The translations under genes and the position numbers were made by a program. Positions 46,414 to 55,974 of a DNA stretch of 64,000 nucleotides are shown here, piece by piece. The notes under the pieces were generated by a model. It worked only from the letters and a program-made list of their open reading frames with translations, ran no database searches and was not told the origin of the DNA. This DNA comes from a virus, in IMG/VR virus record IMGVR_UViG_3300032288_003288, one strand, 5' to 3'. The first letter of the stretch is position 1. Each line of letters starts with the position of its first letter.

Positions 46414-47407
46414 TCGTTGCTTCCCTGCGTGCCTTATCTGCCTTGAGCGAGTTGATCAGCGCCTTCCAGCGAAGCGAGATCTTGTCCCAACCGAAGCGAT
46501 TGTCGGTGTATGCTTTGATGAACCCGAGCATGTTGGTCATGTCGTTGTTCATGACGTTCTCGATGGTGTACATCAGGTTATGAGCAAAGATGTTGGCGTG
46601 CATGTTGGGATCCGTATGATCGCCATCATACTGCACAGTCAGACCAGCAGAAGTATCGGTCAGAGCTGAGAAGTTAGGATGGACCGCAACGCAACCAGCA
46701 CTCATGGCTTCAATCAGTGAACGACACGAAGTCTCAGGCCAAATACATGGATATGCAAAGATGTGTGCCTTCTGATAAGCTTCACGAACCACTTCGTTAG
46801 GCTGCCATCCGTAGTAGTTGATCTTAGGATGATCGCGGCATGCCTTGAAGAGCGACTCAAACTGGGCATCACGCTGCTCCCACTTAGGACCATAGATGCC
46901 GAATGAGGAATAAACATCCAGCTCGATGTTGTCATACTTCTTACAGAGAGACATAAACACTGGCACCAAGATCTCAAGGCCGCGATGCGGCGTCGAAGTG
47001 TAGATAAGACGAATGGTGTCCTTCTTGTTCTTCTCGACAGGATCGAACGGAATAGGATCGATGCCAGTCTCGATCACGCAACTCTGTGCACTGTACGGGA
47101 CTCCGAGGAAATCGCGATAGTGCTGATACTGCCAGTTAGAAGAGAATACCAGCTTATCGAAGCGGGCCCGACTGTCCTTTTCCTTGAGATGCTTGCACTC
47201 AGGATCCATGGCCAGATCATGAAGATGGTAGATCTTAATCTTGTCATCGTGTAGCTCGCGTACGCGAGACGAGATGATCTGTACGCCTTCTAGTTCTTCA
47301 CGCGTAAGACGGTTGAAGAGGGCTCGTGTGGTCAGCTCAGTGCCACCTTGCGAGTCTTGATTAAGTTCATTGAACTCGATCAAGTCTTGGTTCTTAAGGT
47401 CTTTCAT
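46388..47407 (-). CDS. GT-B glycosyltransferase (GT4-like)
   Basis: GGTE, YTSTPHRGL and ETSCRSLIEAMSAG (E-x7-E) motifs. Confidence 0.88.
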   Translation of the reverse strand: MKDLKNQDLIEFNELNQDSQGGTELTTRALFNRLTREELEGVQIISSRVRELHDDKIKIYHLHDLAMDPECKHLKEKDSRARFDKLVFSSNWQYQHYRDFLGVPYSAQSCVIETGIDPIPFDPVEKNKKDTIRLIYTSTPHRGLEILVPVFMSLCKKYDNIELDVYSSFGIYGPKWEQRDAQFESLFKACRDHPKINYYGWQPNEVVREAYQKAHIFAYPCIWPETSCRSLIEAMSAGCVAVHPNFSALTDTSAGLTVQYDGDHTDPNMHANIFAHNLMYTIENVMNNDMTNMLGFIKAYTDNRFGWDKISLRWKALINSLKADKARREATNDSVKSAA

Positions 47408-47724
47408 TGCAATGCTCCAGTAAAATACATATCAGAATTGATGGCTTTATCGTCGATCCAAATATCATAAGATGGCTTGCCCATCCACAGCTCTTTATAC
47501 TTGCATCCCCATGAGTCAAGTTGATTTTTTGTCAACTCAGCCCAATCGAGGCCAGTCGAAGAGCCACGTGCAGTCCAATAGATGATGGTCTCTCCTGCAT
47601 CGTGTAGCTTGTTGATTGCTTCGATGCGACCGGGCAAAGGTTCTGCCTTGTCGTACTGACGAGATCCATCTTCGCCAGTAAACGAAGTGCAGATGGTGTC
47701 GTCGATGTCGACCACATAGATCAT
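47404..47724 (-). CDS. Small HAD phosphatase (capsule-biosynthesis/EcbF-like; GmhB-equivalent candidate)
   Basis: DIDDTIC, WTARG and GKP..D.WIDDK motifs. Confidence 0.85.
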   Translation of the reverse strand: MIYVVDIDDTICTSFTGEDGSRQYDKAEPLPGRIEAINKLHDAGETIIYWTARGSSTGLDWAELTKNQLDSWGCKYKELWMGKPSYDIWIDDKAINSDMYFTGALQ

Positions 47725-48029
47725 CTATCAGTCTCCGAAAACCCGATTACAGAGTCGTAGCGAAATGAGCGCCAACCCTCCTTCTCGAGGTCGTATACGG
47801 CCAAGATGTCAGGATTTTGAGTCTTCTTCTGCACCGACTCTTCTATATCTATCTGTGCAGGCAGGAGATCGGGATTGAGGGTGCAGAGCATATCTCGCAC
47901 AGTCCCGTCTTTCTTGATAAAGTTGACCTTGAGGACCTTAGTCTTCAGCTGGTCTCGGAGAAAAGTATTCCTCCACGATGTCTCGCTCGACGCTTGGTTC
48001 GAACCATTCTGTAAGTTTGTCAAATCCAC
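47721..48029 (-). CDS. WYL-like (Sm/SH3-fold) protein
   Basis: FIKKDGTVRDMLCTL..VYDLEKEGWRSFR motif. Confidence 0.8.
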   Translation of the reverse strand: MDLTNLQNGSNQASSETSWRNTFLRDQLKTKVLKVNFIKKDGTVRDMLCTLNPDLLPAQIDIEESVQKKTQNPDILAVYDLEKEGWRSFRYDSVIGFSETDR

Positions 48030-48273
48030 CGATGTTCACTCCGTCAATAATAATAAATGGGACACTACGCACGTTAGGAAAGATACTCACGAAATCTTCT
48101 CGCGTAATATCTGATCCTATACCAACTTGAGTGTATTGTAAACCCTTTTGTGTCAAAAGATTCTTGGCCGCATCACAATACGGACAGTTTTCTTTGGTAT
48201 AGACAATGATCTTACTCACTCTCTTTACTCTTGTAAATGCTATAAGATTTGTTAGGATCGCCCCAATAGGCAT
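47938..48273 (-). CDS. Glutaredoxin
   Basis: CPYC, RSVPFI and IGGF motifs; true start probably near 48220. Confidence 0.9.
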   Translation of the reverse strand: MPIGAILTNLIAFTRVKRVSKIIVYTKENCPYCDAAKNLLTQKGLQYTQVGIGSDITREDFVSIFPNVRSVPFIIIDGVNIGGFDKLTEWFEPSVERDIVEEYFSPRPAED

Positions 48274-48481
48274 TTGATCTCACTCTGATAAAAGGTTGAT
48301 TAGTGCCTCTTGAGGGATTGGGAATGGATAACCATGGGTTCTTACCCCGGCGCCATGCTTCAAGCTTGGTTAGATACTTATCTAGCTCTGTACGACTCTG
48401 ACGAACCTCTTTAACTCCGTTCACGATAGAACGACGTTCACCTTTGGATGTCTGCGACGTACGTGTTCTCTTCTTACCCAT
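48212..48481 (-). CDS. Basic hypothetical protein
   Basis: SKGERRS..AWRRGKNPWLSIPNP; GAGG RBS. Confidence 0.75.
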   Translation of the reverse strand: MGKKRTRTSQTSKGERRSIVNGVKEVRQSRTELDKYLTKLEAWRRGKNPWLSIPNPSRGTNQPFIRVRSNAYWGDPNKSYSIYKSKESE

Positions 48482-48492
48482 TAATTAAGTCC

Positions 48493-48582
48493 TCACTTCT
48501 TACGAGCTGCACGAGCCTTACGCTTTGTAGAGCCGATCTTGCGGCGCCCTTTGCGCGGTCTATTTTTTGATGGCCATGGCAT
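48493..48582 (-). CDS. 29-aa highly basic peptide
   Basis: Read manually: MPWPSKNRPRKGRRKIGSTKRKARAARKK*, with an AAGGAGA RBS. Confidence 0.7.
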   Translation of the reverse strand: MPWPSKNRPRKGRRKIGSTKRKARAARKK

Positions 48583-48594
48583 AATATATCTCCT

Positions 48595-48984
48595 TCACGT
48601 TAATATGCCTTTGTTGATAAGAGTCAGATCATGTTCTCTGTCTATATACTTATACTCGACCCGGACTGGCTCGAACTGCATTATAGCAGAAAATACATCT
48701 TGGATGTTGAGAGTCGAGCATGTGTACACGTCCAGTTGCATCAGGCCAGGATCTTCTTCGTCCCAGATATGCAACGCGATGTGTGATGTCTCGATGATAG
48801 TGACTGCTGTGAGTCCTTGATTTCCCGGCATCGCAGAGTAGACGGCGTATGGCCCCATCAAAATCTTCATTCCGATGGTCTTGACAAGATTACTCATCCA
48901 GTCCTGAATCATCTCTGGGCTTTTGGGAGGATTGTTTAGAGTCGCCCGGACTATAAGATGTTTGTGCTCAAGAATCTTAGACAC
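48595..48984 (-). CDS. speD: S-adenosylmethionine decarboxylase proenzyme
   Basis: IETSHIALHIW and QLDVYTC motifs. Confidence 0.88.
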   Translation of the reverse strand: MSKILEHKHLIVRATLNNPPKSPEMIQDWMSNLVKTIGMKILMGPYAVYSAMPGNQGLTAVTIIETSHIALHIWDEEDPGLMQLDVYTCSTLNIQDVFSAIMQFEPVRVEYKYIDREHDLTLINKGILT

Positions 48985-48985
48985 T

Positions 48986-49420
48986 TCATAAAATCTCCGT
49001 ATTGTTATCGATATTCTTTTTAAAACAAAGGGCTTTCACGTGACTCGTCTGTACTTTTACAGCTGCCCAACTGTTATAGTAGTCCTCATCAAGGATCGCA
49101 TCTACTTCGAACATATACTTCATCTCGTAGTAGTTGCATTCGCCTCTTGTTTTACATAGTCTAAGAATACGCCTCACGAACTTGTCTGTACCGTACTTTT
49201 CGACATCTTCTCTCAGAGAAGGCGACGAACCGTAATAGTCTTTCCAATCCGATTCAACACGGATTTTTTTACGTTTGCCTCGTACTTGTTTGTATCCGGC
49301 TTTGGTTAGGTATTTTCTACCTATATACTTTTTTCCGTTGACTGTACACGTTATTTCGTAAACAAAGCCGTAATAGTCGTCAACATTTTCAAATTCTTTA
49401 TCTTCTATCAACCAAGTCAT
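48986..49420 (-). CDS. GIY-YIG endonuclease
   Basis: GFVY..YIGRK, WKDYYGSS and YYN motifs. Confidence 0.85.
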   Translation of the reverse strand: MTWLIEDKEFENVDDYYGFVYEITCTVNGKKYIGRKYLTKAGYKQVRGKRKKIRVESDWKDYYGSSPSLREDVEKYGTDKFVRRILRLCKTRGECNYYEMKYMFEVDAILDEDYYNSWAAVKVQTSHVKALCFKKNIDNNTEIL

Positions 49421-49449
49421 AGTATCTTTCCGGTAGAAAGATCTATTTA

Positions 49450-49605
49450 TTATAGTCTGGTGTTATCTACAGACTCCCAATCGTAAACTGCTTCTTCTTC
49501 AATAAGCATCTCTTCACCGCAGAATGGACAAAAAGAAGTGGGTAGATCTGCATCAGAGATCACTCTGAACTCTTCTTCACAGCTTGAACACGTGATCCAA
49601 TCCAT
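49450..49605 (-). CDS. Small zinc-ribbon protein
   Basis: Read manually: MDWITCSSC...FCPFCG; AGGAG RBS. Confidence 0.7.
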   Translation of the reverse strand: MDWITCSSCEEEFRVISDADLPTSFCPFCGEEMLIEEEAVYDWESVDNTRL

Positions 49606-49633
49606 TGTTAGGTTCTCCTAATCTTTTTGTTTC

Positions 49634-50719
49634 TCATAGCGAGAATCCCCTGAATGTATCTGCATCGACATCTTTTTTGACACCGCCGATGACATAGCTA
49701 GTGATCTCGGTTTCCTGTGGTGCCACTTGAACATCAGAGCCGCTGATCCACTTCTGTGTCCACGGCAACGGATTTGCACCTGGCTTACCGTTCAAGCCTA
49801 CTGCTCCCATTCTCTTGGCAGCGATATGATCTACGTATTCAGCGAGCAGCTGTTCGTTCAGACCGATCATCGATCCGTCCTTGAATAGATAACTCGCCCA
49901 AGCCTTTTCTTGGTCGACCACTTTGTAAAACATATCAATACACTCATCCCGTGTATCTTCCCGAATCTGTTCAAAGTCTGGATCTTCTTTTGGAAGAATC
50001 TTGAGGAGCTGCTGAGTTGAGGCAAGGTGAACGTTCTCGTCCCGTGCAATGAGTTTGATGATCTTAGCATTTCCCTCCATCTTCTTGACTTCGGCGAAAG
50101 CCCATGAGCATGCAAACGAGACATAGAACCGTACTCCTTCGAGCGCATTCACCGCATTGAGACAGAGCCAAAGAGCCCGCTTATGATGATACGTATCTTT
50201 CTTGTTTCCACCAAACAACGAGCGCTGATTGTTATGTGTGATCAGACGATCGTAATACTTGCTAATGTCCTGTGCGCAGTCTACGATTTCCGGAAGATCG
50301 AGCATCTCGTCGAAGACTTTCGACGGGTCGTTGTAGACGTTACGAATGATGTGAGTGTAGGACCGAGAATGTATCGTCTCAAAAAATGCCCACGTCTGGA
50401 TCCAGGTTTCAAGCTCAGGTATCGAACACACAGGAAGAAAAGCCATAGAAGGGGCTCGACCCTGCACGCTATCAAGAAGGATCTGACGTTTGAGATTCGA
50501 TGTGAAGATGTGTTTTTCATGGTCTGTTAATGCCTTAAAGTCCTTACTGTCGCGAGACAGATCGACCTCTTCTGGACGCCAGAAGAAGCCGAGTTGTTTC
50601 TCAGTAAGTTTTTCAAAAATAGAGTGACGCTGCTTGTCATAGCGAGCTATATTGACGGATTCTCCAAAGAAACACTTTTGCTCAGTTGCATCAAACTTAT
50701 TTGTATTGAATACGGTCAT
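49634..50719 (-). CDS. nrdB: Ribonucleotide reductase class Ia beta subunit
   Basis: FFWRPEE, LDSVQGR, ETIHSRSY, RDENVH and VAPQETEI motifs. Confidence 0.97.
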   Translation of the reverse strand: MTVFNTNKFDATEQKCFFGESVNIARYDKQRHSIFEKLTEKQLGFFWRPEEVDLSRDSKDFKALTDHEKHIFTSNLKRQILLDSVQGRAPSMAFLPVCSIPELETWIQTWAFFETIHSRSYTHIIRNVYNDPSKVFDEMLDLPEIVDCAQDISKYYDRLITHNNQRSLFGGNKKDTYHHKRALWLCLNAVNALEGVRFYVSFACSWAFAEVKKMEGNAKIIKLIARDENVHLASTQQLLKILPKEDPDFEQIREDTRDECIDMFYKVVDQEKAWASYLFKDGSMIGLNEQLLAEYVDHIAAKRMGAVGLNGKPGANPLPWTQKWISGSDVQVAPQETEITSYVIGGVKKDVDADTFRGFSL

Positions 50720-51261
50720 TCAACTCTCCAGATACTTGTATTCAATTTAAGATCCTTTGGCCAATCGCCTTCTGTATATGACTTGTCGTGGAATCTCATC
50801 TCATTGGTCGGCATTATCGATAGTCGTCCATTGTCTAGCTGTAAAAACATAAACTCTTTAGACTGAGATGGATCTTGAGTGAATCCATCATACATGGGCA
50901 CTACTGTAAACAAGTATCTGCCCATATGATTACCATTTTTTACCTCTGCCCTCTGTCCGTTTAAGTAGTCGTACTTGACTACAGAAAACTGATCGCCGTA
51001 ACAATCCCAAATCTGACAGTCGAGTAGAGACCATTCGGGTTCAGGATTCTCAGAGAAAGCTATGGCATGCGGAGGAACTCCCCGATAGACTGCTCCACAT
51101 TCTAACATTACATGACATCCCCACGAATGTCCTGCTTTTGCATGTAAAGCAAACCAAATACACGATTCAAATGTATTTGGTTTAGCGTTTTTTCTAATAA
51201 AAGAAGAGTCTACATAACAGTATATGTGGTGTGGAATATTACCAGAACCGGTGTAAAGCAT
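50716..51261 (-). CDS. Conserved phage hypothetical protein between nrdA and nrdB
   Basis: GAVYRGVPPHA, WDC and LDNG..PTN motifs. Confidence 0.75.
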   Translation of the reverse strand: MLYTGSGNIPHHIYCYVDSSFIRKNAKPNTFESCIWFALHAKAGHSWGCHVMLECGAVYRGVPPHAIAFSENPEPEWSLLDCQIWDCYGDQFSVVKYDYLNGQRAEVKNGNHMGRYLFTVVPMYDGFTQDPSQSKEFMFLQLDNGRLSIMPTNEMRFHDKSYTEGDWPKDLKLNTSIWRVE

Positions 51262-51265
51262 TTAA

Positions 51266-51451
51266 TTAATAGACCCATTCGATAGAGTGATAAGCGACAG
51301 TGCGTCTAAAACGATTGCCCCGATATTCTAATACTAACTCTACAGCCGTACTATCTTCTCTTCGCGAGTACTGCAGAACTCTATATATCTTTCCGATGTC
51401 GTCCCAAGAATCGTTGTTGATACGAATCTTATCGGTAACTAGATCGTGCAT
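51266..51451 (-). CDS. Hypothetical protein
   Basis: 61 aa; overlaps the nrdA stop. Confidence 0.6.
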   Translation of the reverse strand: MHDLVTDKIRINNDSWDDIGKIYRVLQYSRREDSTAVELVLEYRGNRFRRTVAYHSIEWVY

Positions 51452-53712
51452 GAATCGCAGTCATCTTGACTAATTTGCCCAACAGCAAGAGGTTCTTCGA
51501 TCTTCATCTCACCAGAACCATCGAACGTGTTGAAGTAGTACAGAGTCTTGCCTCCATACTTATAGTGCATCAGAATGTGCTTAAGCATCTCAGACATCGG
51601 GATCTTCTCGTCTTCATAGTGACGAGGATTATATGACGTGTTGACCGAGATAGCCTGGTCGATAAACTTCTGCAAGACTGCCATGATCTTGAGATACCCT
51701 TCGGGAGAAGGTTGATCCCAAAGCAACTCGTACTTGTTCTTAAGACGCTTGAGCTCAGGCACCACCTGCTTCATGACTCCGTCCTTCGATTGCTTGATCG
51801 AGACGAGTGCACGAGGAGGTTCGATGCCGTTGGTCGAGTTACTGATCTGGGCAGAAGTTTCTGAAGGCATCAGAGCCATCAACGTGGAGTTGCGAATACC
51901 CCATTGATTAGCTCGAAACGCCAGAGCATCCCAATCCATCTTATATTCTGGAGCGACTAGCTCGTCTACTTCTTTCTTGTAAGTATCAATCGGCATAATG
52001 CCAGAGCCATACTTAGTGTCGACGAACTTAGGACACGGCTTCGTCTCTTCTGCCAGATCTACTGAAGCTTTGATCAAGTAATAGGACCAAGCCTCGGCGT
52101 ATTCATGAACCAGATCAAGGTTAGGATTGGAATAAGTGCTATCATTCTTAGCCAACCAATAGGCGAAATTAATAATGCCAATTCCAAGAGGGCGGCGAGC
52201 CATAGTACCCAATTGGGCAGCTCGAATCGGGTAACTTTGGTAATCGAGGAGCGCGTCGAGTGCTCTAACGGCAATCGTACACGGCTTCTCAAAGTCACTA
52301 GGCTTCTTGATTTTGCCCCAGTTGATGGCTGCAAGTGTACAGAGTGAAATCTCTCCATCTTCATCATGAACATCCTTTAGTGGAGTTGTAGGCAGTGTGA
52401 TCTCGCAACAGAGATTAGACATCTTGATAAGCGCCTTGTCCTTATCAAACGAGCCATGATCGTTGGCATGATCAACATTCATCAGATAGATTCGTCCAGT
52501 ATCCTTACGTTCGGTGACGAATGCACTAAATAGATCGATGGCTGGGACGACTTTCTTTCTGATCTTTGTGCTTCTCTCATACTTCTCATAGAGTGTACGG
52601 AACGCATCAACATCTCGAAAGAACGCTTCGTAGAGATCCGGGCAATCATGAGGTGAGAAGAGGGTGATATTACCTCCAGCCAAAAGTCTTTCATACATCA
52701 CCTTATTGAACTGAACGCCATAGTCTAGATGACGTATGCGATTGTCTTCAGTGCCTTTGTTGTTCTTCAGGACAAGAAGATCTTCCACTTCGTAATGCCA
52801 GATGGGATAATAGAGTGTCGCCGCTCCACCTCGGACACCGCCTTGGCTACAGCTCTTAACAGCAGATTGAAAATGCTTCCAAAAAGGAATAACGCCAGTG
52901 TGACTAGCATCACCATAGCGAATAGGAGATCCAATAGCCCTAATACGACCAGCACCAATCCCAATTCCAGCTTTCTGACTAACGTACTTGACGATCGAGG
53001 AGGATGTTGCATTTATGGAATCCAATGAGTCGTCAGTCTCGATAAGTACACACGAGCTAAACTGACGTTGAGGGGACCGAACTCCTGCCATGATAGGAGT
53101 AGGAAGGCTAATATCAAATGTACTGATAGCATCATACAAATCCTTTACCCACTTAATACGATCTTTCTTATAGTTCTGAAACAACGTCATAGCAATGAGC
53201 ATGAACGCCATCTGAGGCGTCTCATAGTATTTACCTGTGACGCGATTTTTGATGAGATACTTGCCACGAAACTGTTCCATGGCAGCATAAGTTAACAGGT
53301 TATCGCGGTCATGGTCGATGTACCGATCGAGTTCCTGCCACTCTTCGGGAGAATATGCATCATAGATCGCCCAGTCATAGTAACCAGCAGTAGCTACTTC
53401 AAAGTAGTGTGTGATCAGAGACATTGGTTCATACTGACCATACACTTCTTTACGAAGGTGGTAGTTGATCAGACGACCAGCAACGTACTGATAGTTGGGG
53501 TTCTCTTCGGAAATCAAGTCAGCAGCAGCCTTGATCAGAGTCTCCTGAATGTCAGAAGACTTGATGCCGTTATAAAACTGAATGTGAGTCTTTATTTCTA
53601 GATCTGATACTGATACACCAGTCAGGCCTTCGCAAGCATGAGAAGCAACCTTATGGAACTTATTGATGTCTAGTGGTTCTTTAGTTCCATCACGCTTGGT
53701 TACTTGAATCAT
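51439..53712 (-). CDS. nrdA: Ribonucleotide reductase class Ia alpha subunit
   Basis: ATP cone VTKRDG, QFSSCVL, SNLCCEI, MPSETS and C-terminal CDSC. Confidence 0.97.
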   Translation of the reverse strand: MIQVTKRDGTKEPLDINKFHKVASHACEGLTGVSVSDLEIKTHIQFYNGIKSSDIQETLIKAAADLISEENPNYQYVAGRLINYHLRKEVYGQYEPMSLITHYFEVATAGYYDWAIYDAYSPEEWQELDRYIDHDRDNLLTYAAMEQFRGKYLIKNRVTGKYYETPQMAFMLIAMTLFQNYKKDRIKWVKDLYDAISTFDISLPTPIMAGVRSPQRQFSSCVLIETDDSLDSINATSSSIVKYVSQKAGIGIGAGRIRAIGSPIRYGDASHTGVIPFWKHFQSAVKSCSQGGVRGGAATLYYPIWHYEVEDLLVLKNNKGTEDNRIRHLDYGVQFNKVMYERLLAGGNITLFSPHDCPDLYEAFFRDVDAFRTLYEKYERSTKIRKKVVPAIDLFSAFVTERKDTGRIYLMNVDHANDHGSFDKDKALIKMSNLCCEITLPTTPLKDVHDEDGEISLCTLAAINWGKIKKPSDFEKPCTIAVRALDALLDYQSYPIRAAQLGTMARRPLGIGIINFAYWLAKNDSTYSNPNLDLVHEYAEAWSYYLIKASVDLAEETKPCPKFVDTKYGSGIMPIDTYKKEVDELVAPEYKMDWDALAFRANQWGIRNSTLMALMPSETSAQISNSTNGIEPPRALVSIKQSKDGVMKQVVPELKRLKNKYELLWDQPSPEGYLKIMAVLQKFIDQAISVNTSYNPRHYEDEKIPMSEMLKHILMHYKYGGKTLYYFNTFDGSGEMKIEEPLAVGQISQDDCDSCTI

Positions 53713-53863
53713 TCTCTCTGCTCTCTCTTAAAATAATAGTTCCGTCAGTTTCAACGATAAAGACCATGTTGGTGCCTTCATCCCATCCCATTTTTTCTAG
53801 AAGTTCAGGAGGTAATTCTATATATAACTCTCCGTCTTCATTTTCTTTGACTATCAGTTTCAT
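53690..53863 (-). CDS. AbrB/MazE-like small protein
   Basis: Read manually: MKLIVKENEDGELYIELPPELLEKMGWDEG... Confidence 0.65.
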   Translation of the reverse strand: MKLIVKENEDGELYIELPPELLEKMGWDEGTNMVFIVETDGTIILRESRENDSSNQA

Positions 53864-53866
53864 ATT

Positions 53867-54025
53867 TCACCAGTGCCTTATAGCGTTTGCGACAATAAAA
53901 ATGTTCGTGATTACTGCTTGTATAATTAAAAATGTTCGAACCCAGGCAACTCGATCAGATTCATTGTCACAGTCCGATGCCTTCTCTCCTAGCGCTTTGA
54001 ACCAAATTCGTTTCCATGATTTCAT
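53867..54025 (-). CDS. Small conserved membrane protein
   Basis: Read manually: MKSWKRIWFKALGEKA...ITNIFIVANAIRHW*. Confidence 0.7.
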   Translation of the reverse strand: MKSWKRIWFKALGEKASDCDNESDRVAWVRTFLIIQAVITNIFIVANAIRHW

Positions 54026-54726
54026 GGAAGTTTACTTTCGAAGTCTTTCCACATTGCAATCTCTGCAACTGCATCACGGATATCTGGGAAATGTTGCATG
54101 ATAATTTTCCAGCACTGCTCGGCTACGATGCGATGTTCCTTCTGTGTGGCCTTATCCGTACGAAGCTGACAGTAGTGAACCCACGATCGAAGCGATCCGC
54201 TCATGATCATGACCGACTCAGTGTTACCCTCAGGAAGAACAGCTCGAGCTTGCTCCTTGGCGATGCCGCGCTCTGTGGCCCACTGATATGCAAACTGCGC
54301 TGCATTGATAGCTTGCTGCTGGACTACATTCCACTCTTCGGCCAGTCGGTTTTCATCTGGAGTCAGTTCGACCGAATTCTGTCGATTCTTGGCATCTTGC
54401 AGTCTGGCTTCCCGTCTAACAAATCCAAGATCCTTGGTTGGATCAGCGTAACGCTGACTGTACTCTTGGAATGAGAAAGAACGATGCCGCAAGATCTGGC
54501 GGGCGATATCTCGGGTGGTCTTGATTTCCATTGAGACATGAACCATCTCCAAAGGTGACCAGTGCTGGTTCTTGATGAGATACTGCACAAGCTTAGATGC
54601 AGTGGCGGTATTGTTTTGATTTGATGGGTTGGATACACGAGCACTCCATGCCACCAGTTCATTTGCAGTAGCACAACCAGTATAGGCGCTAGGCTTAGTA
54701 AGACCGATTAGATTTACTTCACTCAC
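54022..54726 (-). CDS. thyX: Flavin-dependent thymidylate synthase
   Basis: ARVS, HWSPLE and RHRSFSFQEYSQRY motifs. Confidence 0.97.
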   Translation of the reverse strand: MSEVNLIGLTKPSAYTGCATANELVAWSARVSNPSNQNNTATASKLVQYLIKNQHWSPLEMVHVSMEIKTTRDIARQILRHRSFSFQEYSQRYADPTKDLGFVRREARLQDAKNRQNSVELTPDENRLAEEWNVVQQQAINAAQFAYQWATERGIAKEQARAVLPEGNTESVMIMSGSLRSWVHYCQLRTDKATQKEHRIVAEQCWKIIMQHFPDIRDAVAEIAMWKDFESKLP

Positions 54727-54905
54727 TTAATAACTCCATACATAAGAGGCTCAAATAACTCTGGCTCACCGATCTCGTCGAAAAATAATTTCATCAGCTG
54801 ATCACCCACCGGCTTTTTATCAGATTCGGTAGTTTCAAGTAGAGTTTTTTCCCGACGTCGAATAATTTCAATATAAAATAGCATTTTCTTCTGATTTTCA
54901 GTCAC
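54723..54905 (-). CDS. Hypothetical protein
   Basis: Short ORF overlapping both neighbours. Confidence 0.55.
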   Translation of the reverse strand: MTENQKKMLFYIEIIRRREKTLLETTESDKKPVGDQLMKLFFDEIGEPELFEPLMYGVIK

Positions 54906-55086
54906 TTACAAAACTCCTCAAAAGACGCTGTAGTTCAATATCATGTGCAGCTTGTAGACTCTCTACTTCAGAGAGTTGGGACTTAGTCAATGTTTGCTTG
55001 ACAATTTTGCCTCCTGCTAGACGACCATTCATGATAACTTCATCAGACCAAAACAAATTAACTAGATCAAAATATTCCTCAGGCAT
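54898..55086 (-). CDS. Hypothetical protein
   Basis: Short ORF coupled to its neighbours. Confidence 0.55.
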   Translation of the reverse strand: MPEEYFDLVNLFWSDEVIMNGRLAGGKIVKQTLTKSQLSEVESLQAAHDIELQRLLRSFVSD

Positions 55087-55451
55087 TAAATAAAATCCTC
55101 TAGAGTTGCTGATGTCATGCCGATGTGATAGGGCTTCTTACGTCGAATCATGTTCTCGATCATGTTACGAGTGCCGCGAGATTCTCCATCCCAGATAATG
55201 ATGGCTGCGTCTGCATAGATCGCCATGTCTCGATTACGAATTGGACCTGCGCTGTTGCCGTGGCTGTTCCAGTTAGCAGGCATCTCCTTGATAGGAATAT
55301 TATTAGTTCTTGCCCACTGTTCGCCGAGTCTATCTACTCCGACAGCACAACCTGTGACGACTTCTGTGATGTCGTATCCAGAACTTTGAATGGTTTTTAC
55401 GACGAGAGCATAGTCTTCGATGTTACGAGAACCTGCAATGATGACCTTCAT
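55086..55451 (-). CDS. SLOG/YspA-like (DUF2493) protein
   Basis: IIAGSR, GCAVGVD, AGPIRN and WDGESRGT motifs. Confidence 0.85.
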   Translation of the reverse strand: MKVIIAGSRNIEDYALVVKTIQSSGYDITEVVTGCAVGVDRLGEQWARTNNIPIKEMPANWNSHGNSAGPIRNRDMAIYADAAIIIWDGESRGTRNMIENMIRRKKPYHIGMTSATLEDFI

Positions 55452-55717
55452 TACTCTACCTCAAAAGTCTTTACTGTCTGGAACCGAGTCTTGGACACGA
55501 ACTTGGCAGTGCGCAGAAACTCTACACGTTCGCGAGCATCCGTGTAGTCGACGTACTTGCCGTCGTTGAACCACCACCAGCGATCGAGGCCCAAGATCCA
55601 ACGAGGCTTGCGGCGATACTCTACCAACCATTGACCGTCTGTTCTAAAGATGCGGAGTTTGGTAATTTCGATCTGATCAAACTCCACGCCGTATTCATTT
55701 GTTACTGGCTCTGTCAT
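55451..55717 (-). CDS. Hypothetical protein
   Basis: TAATG coupling at both ends. Confidence 0.65.
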   Translation of the reverse strand: MTEPVTNEYGVEFDQIEITKLRIFRTDGQWLVEYRRKPRWILGLDRWWWFNDGKYVDYTDARERVEFLRTAKFVSKTRFQTVKTFEVE

Positions 55718-55974
55718 TAGTTTGCTCCATTTCCACGATGCGCAAAGAAGTCAGGACTGTAATACACCTTCCTCGGATTGAGGCTTTCTTGGTGTAGCGA
55801 GTTGACACTGTTTGCTGCAATGACTGTGACGCGAGAAGCAAACTCTTCTCCTCGAAGTTCGACGATCATTGCTCGGTTCTTTTCAATCATGTCGTAGTTA
55901 TAACATACCCAATAGATCTCATCTTGAATCGTCTCAGGTATTTTCATGATGGCATTGGTGATGGCTTCGCTCAT
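55717..55974 (-). CDS. Hypothetical protein
   Basis: ATGA overlap with the primase stop. Confidence 0.6.
   Translation of the reverse strand: MSEAITNAIMKIPETIQDEIYWVCYNYDMIEKNRAMIVELRGEEFASRVTVIAANSVNSLHQESLNPRKVYYSPDFFAHRGNGAN

Noticed and set aside
49634-53712. Introns, inteins or a homing endonuclease in or between nrdA and nrdB
   Set aside because: Both genes are normal length and uninterrupted, and the two intervening ORFs lack HNH, GIY-YIG or LAGLIDADG motifs.
53690-54025. Toxin-antitoxin pair (AbrB/MazE-like gene plus neighbour)
   Set aside because: The neighbour is a small membrane protein with no recognisable toxin motif, and solo AbrB-like genes are common in T4-like phages.
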